Source: Verrucomicrobiota bacterium
GTDB lineage: Bacteria > Verrucomicrobiota > Verrucomicrobiia > CAIQCK01
Reading direction: 5' to 3'
DNA length: 64,000 nt
Assembly (NCBI GenBank): GCA_026397915.1
Contig: JAPLTX010000045.1
Location: 152,561 to 216,560, forward strand
Shown piece after piece: positions 59,553-64,000 of this stretch. Positions within the stretch are counted from its first letter, which is position 1. Each line of letters opens with the position of its first letter. The notes beneath the pieces were generated by a model, which was given only the letters and a program-made list of their open reading frames with translations, ran no database searches and was not told the DNA's origin. The position numbers and the translations under genes were made by a program.

Positions 59553-59555
59553 GCC

Positions 59556-60446
59556 ATGAAGACATCCCGCAAAGCCGCAGCATTGTTTGTTCTAGCCTTG
59601 GTAATCGCAGCAGCGACAACACCGCGAGCCACCGCACAATCAGCCAATGACGCTTTCCGACAGGCGGTGGCTGAGCATCAGAAATCGCCGTTGGCCGATA
59701 CAACGGCGAGAATCATCAAGCTGGCGTCGGCGATGGAACAGTTGCCGCCGATTCCGGAGGAGGCGCGGCGACATTTCGTGATGGGCGGGACGATCTTCAA
59801 GGAAGCCAAGAGTGCGGAGAATTTCTCGCTGGCCACGCGCGAGTTCCTGGAAGCCGCAAAGCTGGCTCCGTGGTGGGCTGAGGCACGCTATAATCTGGCA
59901 CTCACCGAGGAAGCGGCGGGAAATTATTCTGGCGCGATGGCTGACTTGAAACTCTACCAGTTATTCAAGCTTCCCGACGCCGAGGCGAGAGCCGCTCAGG
60001 ACAAGATCTACGCGCTCGAGGCCAAGCAGCAGATGAAAGCTTCGGGTGATGCGGCCAAAGCAACGGAAGAAGGGCAAGCCAAAGATTGGATCGCAAAGCT
60101 GAACGGAGCGAGATTCTCGTTCACAAAACGTTTTGGCGCGAACCCCCCAGAATTTACACTTTTATACACCATCGGCGTGAACAATGGGGAAGTTGTCTTT
60201 GGTGCAACGCCGATCCAGTATTCACCTGAGATGATGAGAAATAACCGGGCAAGATTCAGGAAATACAACGAATCGGGCCGTGGCGTCATCCGTGGGCATA
60301 GCTTCACCATAAGGCCGTCGGGTGACGCATCAGAACTCTTTTGGGAGTTCGAGATTGATGATGATGGCCAAGCAGTGAGGGTTGTTCGAACTTCGAATCC
60401 ACCTTTGCAATTTGGCACGGAAGCAATCTTCCACCGTGAAAAATGA
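59556..60446 (+). CDS. Secreted TPR protein, paralog 1
   Basis: Signal peptide; IPEEARRHFV...APWW.EARYN...DKIYALE; unique C-terminus. Confidence 0.8.
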   Translation: MKTSRKAAALFVLALVIAAATTPRATAQSANDAFRQAVAEHQKSPLADTTARIIKLASAMEQLPPIPEEARRHFVMGGTIFKEAKSAENFSLATREFLEAAKLAPWWAEARYNLALTEEAAGNYSGAMADLKLYQLFKLPDAEARAAQDKIYALEAKQQMKASGDAAKATEEGQAKDWIAKLNGARFSFTKRFGANPPEFTLLYTIGVNNGEVVFGATPIQYSPEMMRNNRARFRKYNESGRGVIRGHSFTIRPSGDASELFWEFEIDDDGQAVRVVRTSNPPLQFGTEAIFHREK

Positions 60447-60490
60447 GTCTCCCGATTTTATCGGCGTTAGCAGCTTGGTTTTTTCGCAAT

Positions 60491-61390
60491 ATGATGAAAA
60501 CACTGCCATCACTCACCGCTCTCGGATCGCTCGTTCTCACCGTTTCGTTATCGGCGCAAGACCCCAGCACCAAAGCCGCCTCACCATTCCAGCAAGTGGT
60601 CGCAGACTATCAAAAGTCGCCATCGGATGAAGCGGTGGCAAAGGTCATTAAGCTGGCGGCGGCGATGGAACAGTTGCCGCCAATTCCGGAGGAGGCGCGA
60701 CGACACTTCGTGCGCGGCGGCGCGTTGTTCAAGGACGCGAAGAATGCCGACGACCTTTCGCAGGTCGTGGATGAATTCAAGGAGGCGGTTCGTCTAGCTC
60801 CGTGGTGGCCGGAGGCGCGTTACAACTACGCTTTGGCACAGGAGGCCGCTGGCCAATATCCCGGTGCTGTCGCCAATCTGAAGCTGTATCAACTGTTCAA
60901 GCTTCCCGACGCCGAAGCGAGAGCCGCTCAGGACAAGATCTATGCGCTCGAAGCCAAACAGGAAAAGATGCTGAAGGATGTAGGAGTGAAGGAAGCGGCG
61001 CGTCGATCGGTTCAAGGGTTGGCGGGCCGCTGGACGTGGCACAGCGACAAATGGCTAGCCAACGTGTATTTTGGCTACCAAATTACGGCGGACGGAAATC
61101 AAATCGCTGTTACTTGGACGGAATACTCGGGTGAATCTGTGGCGAATATGTCGGGGAAGCACTCGTTCAAGGGGACGATGAACGGCCGCGAAATCAACGG
61201 GGCATATTCGATTGACCGCTCCATGTGGCAGGGAGGCAAGGTTTTCACCTATCCGTTTCGCGGGACCATTAGCGAGGACGGAAACGAAATTCGTCTGAGG
61301 TATAAGACCATTGACATCACCGGCGCGACTGGGCTCAGACCCGATGGTTGGCGGGAATGGGACGAAGAAGCGGTGTTGAAGCGACAATAA
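60491..61390 (+). CDS. Secreted TPR protein, paralog 2
   Basis: Same N-terminal domain, strongly similar in DNA to paralog 1; different beta-rich C-terminus. Confidence 0.8.
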   Translation: MMKTLPSLTALGSLVLTVSLSAQDPSTKAASPFQQVVADYQKSPSDEAVAKVIKLAAAMEQLPPIPEEARRHFVRGGALFKDAKNADDLSQVVDEFKEAVRLAPWWPEARYNYALAQEAAGQYPGAVANLKLYQLFKLPDAEARAAQDKIYALEAKQEKMLKDVGVKEAARRSVQGLAGRWTWHSDKWLANVYFGYQITADGNQIAVTWTEYSGESVANMSGKHSFKGTMNGREINGAYSIDRSMWQGGKVFTYPFRGTISEDGNEIRLRYKTIDITGATGLRPDGWREWDEEAVLKRQ

Positions 61391-61393
61391 GCA

Positions 61394-62248
61394 ATGAAAA
61401 GGAAAGCTCAGGACGCAATCGTCAGGGTGTTCCTGTCATTAACCTTCGCCTTGGCTGTGACGGCGACAGCACAGTCAACCAACGACGTCTTCAAACAGGC
61501 AGTGACAGAGTATCAGCAACGCCCCACTGACGAAAATGCTGCGAAGGTCATCAAGCTGGCTTTGGGCATGAAGCCAGCTCCCGCTATTCCGGAGGAAGCT
61601 GAGAAGTTCATTGCGCGCGGGCAGGCGGCGGTTGAAGCAGCCAAAGAACCCGCCGACTTCAAAGCGGCTGCCGCCGAGTTTGAGAAGGCCGTGCTGGCGG
61701 CCCCGTGGGTTGCAAACGTGTATTACAACCTGGGCGTGGTGCAAGACAAAGCTGGGGACTACACCGGCGCGATCCGCAGTCTGAACCTCTACCTGCTGGC
61801 TGCCCCGAATGCTGACGACACGCGGGCGGTCAAGTCGCTCATCTATAAGATCGAATTCAAACAGGAGAAAGCGGCGAAGGATGCAAGAGCGAAGGAAGCG
61901 GCGGCCGCCCAAGAGGCCAGCAAGCCAAAGACCGGCGAAGAACTCATCCGAAGCCTGAACGGGGTCAGATACATTGGAAACCATGTGCAAGACCGGCTCG
62001 CTGGCGAGTGGGATAACGCCTTGGAAATCCGCGGCAATCAAATGATCTCGAGCGTGATTTCCAACGGTGAATTCAAGGAGAGCTTCAACGGAACGATGCC
62101 GGAAAAAAGCCGCACGCCATTGAATGGCCGCGAATTCAACCACTGGATGGGGGTTGGGACGATCAGCGAGGACGGTGCCACCATAACTCTTCGCATGATC
62201 AATCCGAGCAACAAGCTCGTCGTTGAAACATACCGGCGTATCCGATAA
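61394..62248 (+). CDS. Secreted TPR protein, paralog 3
   Basis: IPEEA...APW.AN.YYNLG; C-terminus shares only NGRE and GTISEDG with paralog 2. Confidence 0.8.
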   Translation: MKRKAQDAIVRVFLSLTFALAVTATAQSTNDVFKQAVTEYQQRPTDENAAKVIKLALGMKPAPAIPEEAEKFIARGQAAVEAAKEPADFKAAAAEFEKAVLAAPWVANVYYNLGVVQDKAGDYTGAIRSLNLYLLAAPNADDTRAVKSLIYKIEFKQEKAAKDARAKEAAAAQEASKPKTGEELIRSLNGVRYIGNHVQDRLAGEWDNALEIRGNQMISSVISNGEFKESFNGTMPEKSRTPLNGREFNHWMGVGTISEDGATITLRMINPSNKLVVETYRRIR

Positions 62249-62586
62249 CGAAACCAAGTTTTGAACGATCCCTCCGACCCGCTTAAGGAAGGACGGCTCG
62301 TCGCACTTCAAATGTCGGTTGACCCGGCTCGGAGATGGGTGGACGGGTTAATGTTTGACGGAGTTCTCGCCGTGCTGACGATGGTGTCGCTGAGTTGTTG
62401 AGTTGGAACATCTCCCAGCGGGCCTTTGAAGCAGGAGACGAGAATTGGAAGATGGCAGTTAGCAGTTTGGAGTGGGGGCGGGACGGACGCGGCTCGGATG
62501 ATAATGTGAGCGGGAGCGGGCAGAACGGGCAGAACAGCGAGAATATGCGAAAATAGGCCATTTTCTTCGACTTGGAGGGTTTCCAC

Positions 62587-62880
62587 GCCGTCGCAAGAGA
62601 TCTTCTCGCCGCTGCAAGGGTCAGCCGCGCCGCCGTAAGATTCCGCTGCGCCGCCGCACGCGTCCGCCGGGCCGTTGCAAGGGGTGCTCGTGCCGTCGCA
62701 AGGGTCGTCCGGGCGGATGCAACGGGTGTCTGACCCGCTGTAAGAGTCAGCCGCGCCGATGTAATGGTCCGGCGGACGGGTGTAAGCTATCTCCGGGCGG
62801 ATGCAAATACTCTCCGGGGCAATGTAAGCATCCTTCGGGCGGATGTAAGGGTTGTCCGGGCCGATGTCACAAACCTCCGG
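62587..62880. repeat. Degenerate tandem array of fourteen 21-nt units
   Basis: Consensus GCSGNYGYAA + 11 more variable nt, with no indel over 294 nt. Confidence 0.87.
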
Positions 62881-63031
62881 GCGCGAGTGCCTATTTCCAT
62901 CCGTAGCAACAGTCGCTGGCGGGTGGTTGCGAGGTCTATGGCCGCGAAACCGCCGTTCAGACGGATCGTGAGACGGGCGCGGCGCGCCTGTCGGATCATT
63001 CACGGCCCAAACGAAACGATACGGGCTGGCC

Positions 63032-64000
63032 TTATTTCTTCAGCCGCACGAGCACTTTCAGTTGCTTGACGACGTATTGGGAGGCGTTGTGGTTGAAGGT
63101 CCAGTCGAGAGTGCGTTGGCCGCTTGCGCGGCCGTCGCTGTTGCCGATGCCGAGGTCGGCGTTCTGGCCGGACTTCCAGTTGTTGAAGGCGAAGATGGTT
63201 TGCTTGGCGTTGAAGTTGTGGACCTGCATGGAACCGTAGCCATCCTCGGGGTCCGAGATCTGGTCGCCGAGATCCCAGACGGCGTCGGAGGCGTTGGGAA
63301 CCTTGGCGGTGTTGAGCGGGCCGTAGTTGTGCGGGAAGAACTCGATGTTGCCGGCGAGGTCGTTGCCGGTCTTGATGCGAGGGTCGCTGGAGAGGACGTT
63401 CATGTGGCTGACCTGGGTCTGGAACTTCGCCTTGGAGGCGACGGTGGGCACGCCGAGCTTGGCGAGGTCGGGAGTGAAAGCGTCCATCGAGACATAGACC
63501 CACTGCGTCGGCTCGCCTCGCTTGCGCAGCTCCAGGAAATAAGCGACGCGGTCAATCGGCCCGGCGATCTGCGCGCGGCGGTCCACGTCGTAGGTGATGT
63601 CGCGCTTGGCTTTGGCGAGGTCGAGGGCGTAAAGCAGTTGGTAGTCCTTCGCCTCGGAAACCTTCAGGGAGAGGATGTCCATCTGCGGCACTTTGCCGCT
63701 GCGGAACGCGGAGGCTGGCAGGCCTTCCTTGTTCATCAGGTTCGGGACGGCGGATTTGTCCCATGCGAAGCGCATCGCCGCCGGCTCTTTGATCTTGTCG
63801 GACGAAAGCACGACCGAGTCGCCTTCGATGGCCGCGTCGGCCTTGGTCCAGTCGGTTTCCTTGCCGATGATCTCGAACCAGTTGAGCGGCTTGGCGTCGC
63901 GGGAAACGAGGCCGCTGCCGATGTTGTCGAACCGGATGCGAATCTTGTCGCCCTCGATGGCCATCGCCTTGAAGGTCGGGCCGGAAGCGACAAGGTCGCT
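63032..64000 (-). CDS. Sialate O-acetylesterase-family protein, C-terminal part with extra domain (truncated by window edge)
   Basis: SGP.F..M.IEG.KIRIRF, FEIIG, RFAW...PNLMNKEGLPASAFR; frame open to the window end. Confidence 0.78.
   Translation of the reverse strand, partial: SDLVASGPTFKAMAIEGDKIRIRFDNIGSGLVSRDAKPLNWFEIIGKETDWTKADAAIEGDSVVLSSDKIKEPAAMRFAWDKSAVPNLMNKEGLPASAFRSGKVPQMDILSLKVSEAKDYQLLYALDLAKAKRDITYDVDRRAQIAGPIDRVAYFLELRKRGEPTQWVYVSMDAFTPDLAKLGVPTVASKAKFQTQVSHMNVLSSDPRIKTGNDLAGNIEFFPHNYGPLNTAKVPNASDAVWDLGDQISDPEDGYGSMQVHNFNAKQTIFAFNNWKSGQNADLGIGNSDGRASGQRTLDWTFNHNASQYVVKQLKVLVRLKK

Noticed and set aside
62248-62324. attC-like hairpin after the last TPR gene
   Set aside because: AAC/GTT and TTTGAA/TTCAAA pair with 5-nt spacers, but the R boxes fit RYYYAAC/GTTRRRY poorly and the unpaired base is misplaced.
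62308-63003. 231-aa minus-strand ORF as a confident CDS
   Set aside because: Runs through several non-coding-type repeats, no clear RBS, and nucleotide conservation does not fit its codon phase; kept only as an alternative.

Overview
High-GC bacterial chromosome segment, by gene content most like the PVC superphylum (probably Verrucomicrobiota; this is inference). No rRNA, tRNA, CRISPR array, integrase or transposase was recognised. 1-19.3 kb is a + strand cluster of secreted carbohydrate-active enzymes (SGNH esterases, a frameshifted GH65-like gene, two DUF6259-like proteins, a beta-helix, two GH99-like proteins, a GHL6-like protein, an SDR and an enolase-family dehydratase). Three of its transcription units share a near-identical promoter block with 21-bp-spaced half-sites. 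19.4-37.8 kb is mostly housekeeping: accD, ComF, CPBP protease, DUF554, uppP, thiS, thiH, DUF2007, thiG, larE, HNH, dinG, an S55 peptidase with a beta-propeller partner, hemL and nadE. 37.8-64 kb is accessory: a Tat GH, an esterase, an S53 peptidase, two Gfo/Idh/MocA oxidoreductases, three BNR/sialidase proteins, an amber-interrupted pyruvyl-transferase-like gene, a lectin-domain protein, an MFS/spermidine synthase fusion, a four-gene secreted TPR cassette and a partial sialate O-acetylesterase. The best candidates for new biology are: (i) two unrelated intergenic arrays with strict 21-nt periodicity beside low-GC accessory genes; (ii) the TPR cassette with a conserved N-terminus and variable C-terminus behind a structured leader; (iii) larE leading thiG/thiH/thiS with no thiF, plus a leader-peptide/terminator element before thiH; (iv) GTAG REPs supplying stop codons; (v) signs of gene and promoter shuffling. 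Family assignments are from motif recognition only; no searches were run.
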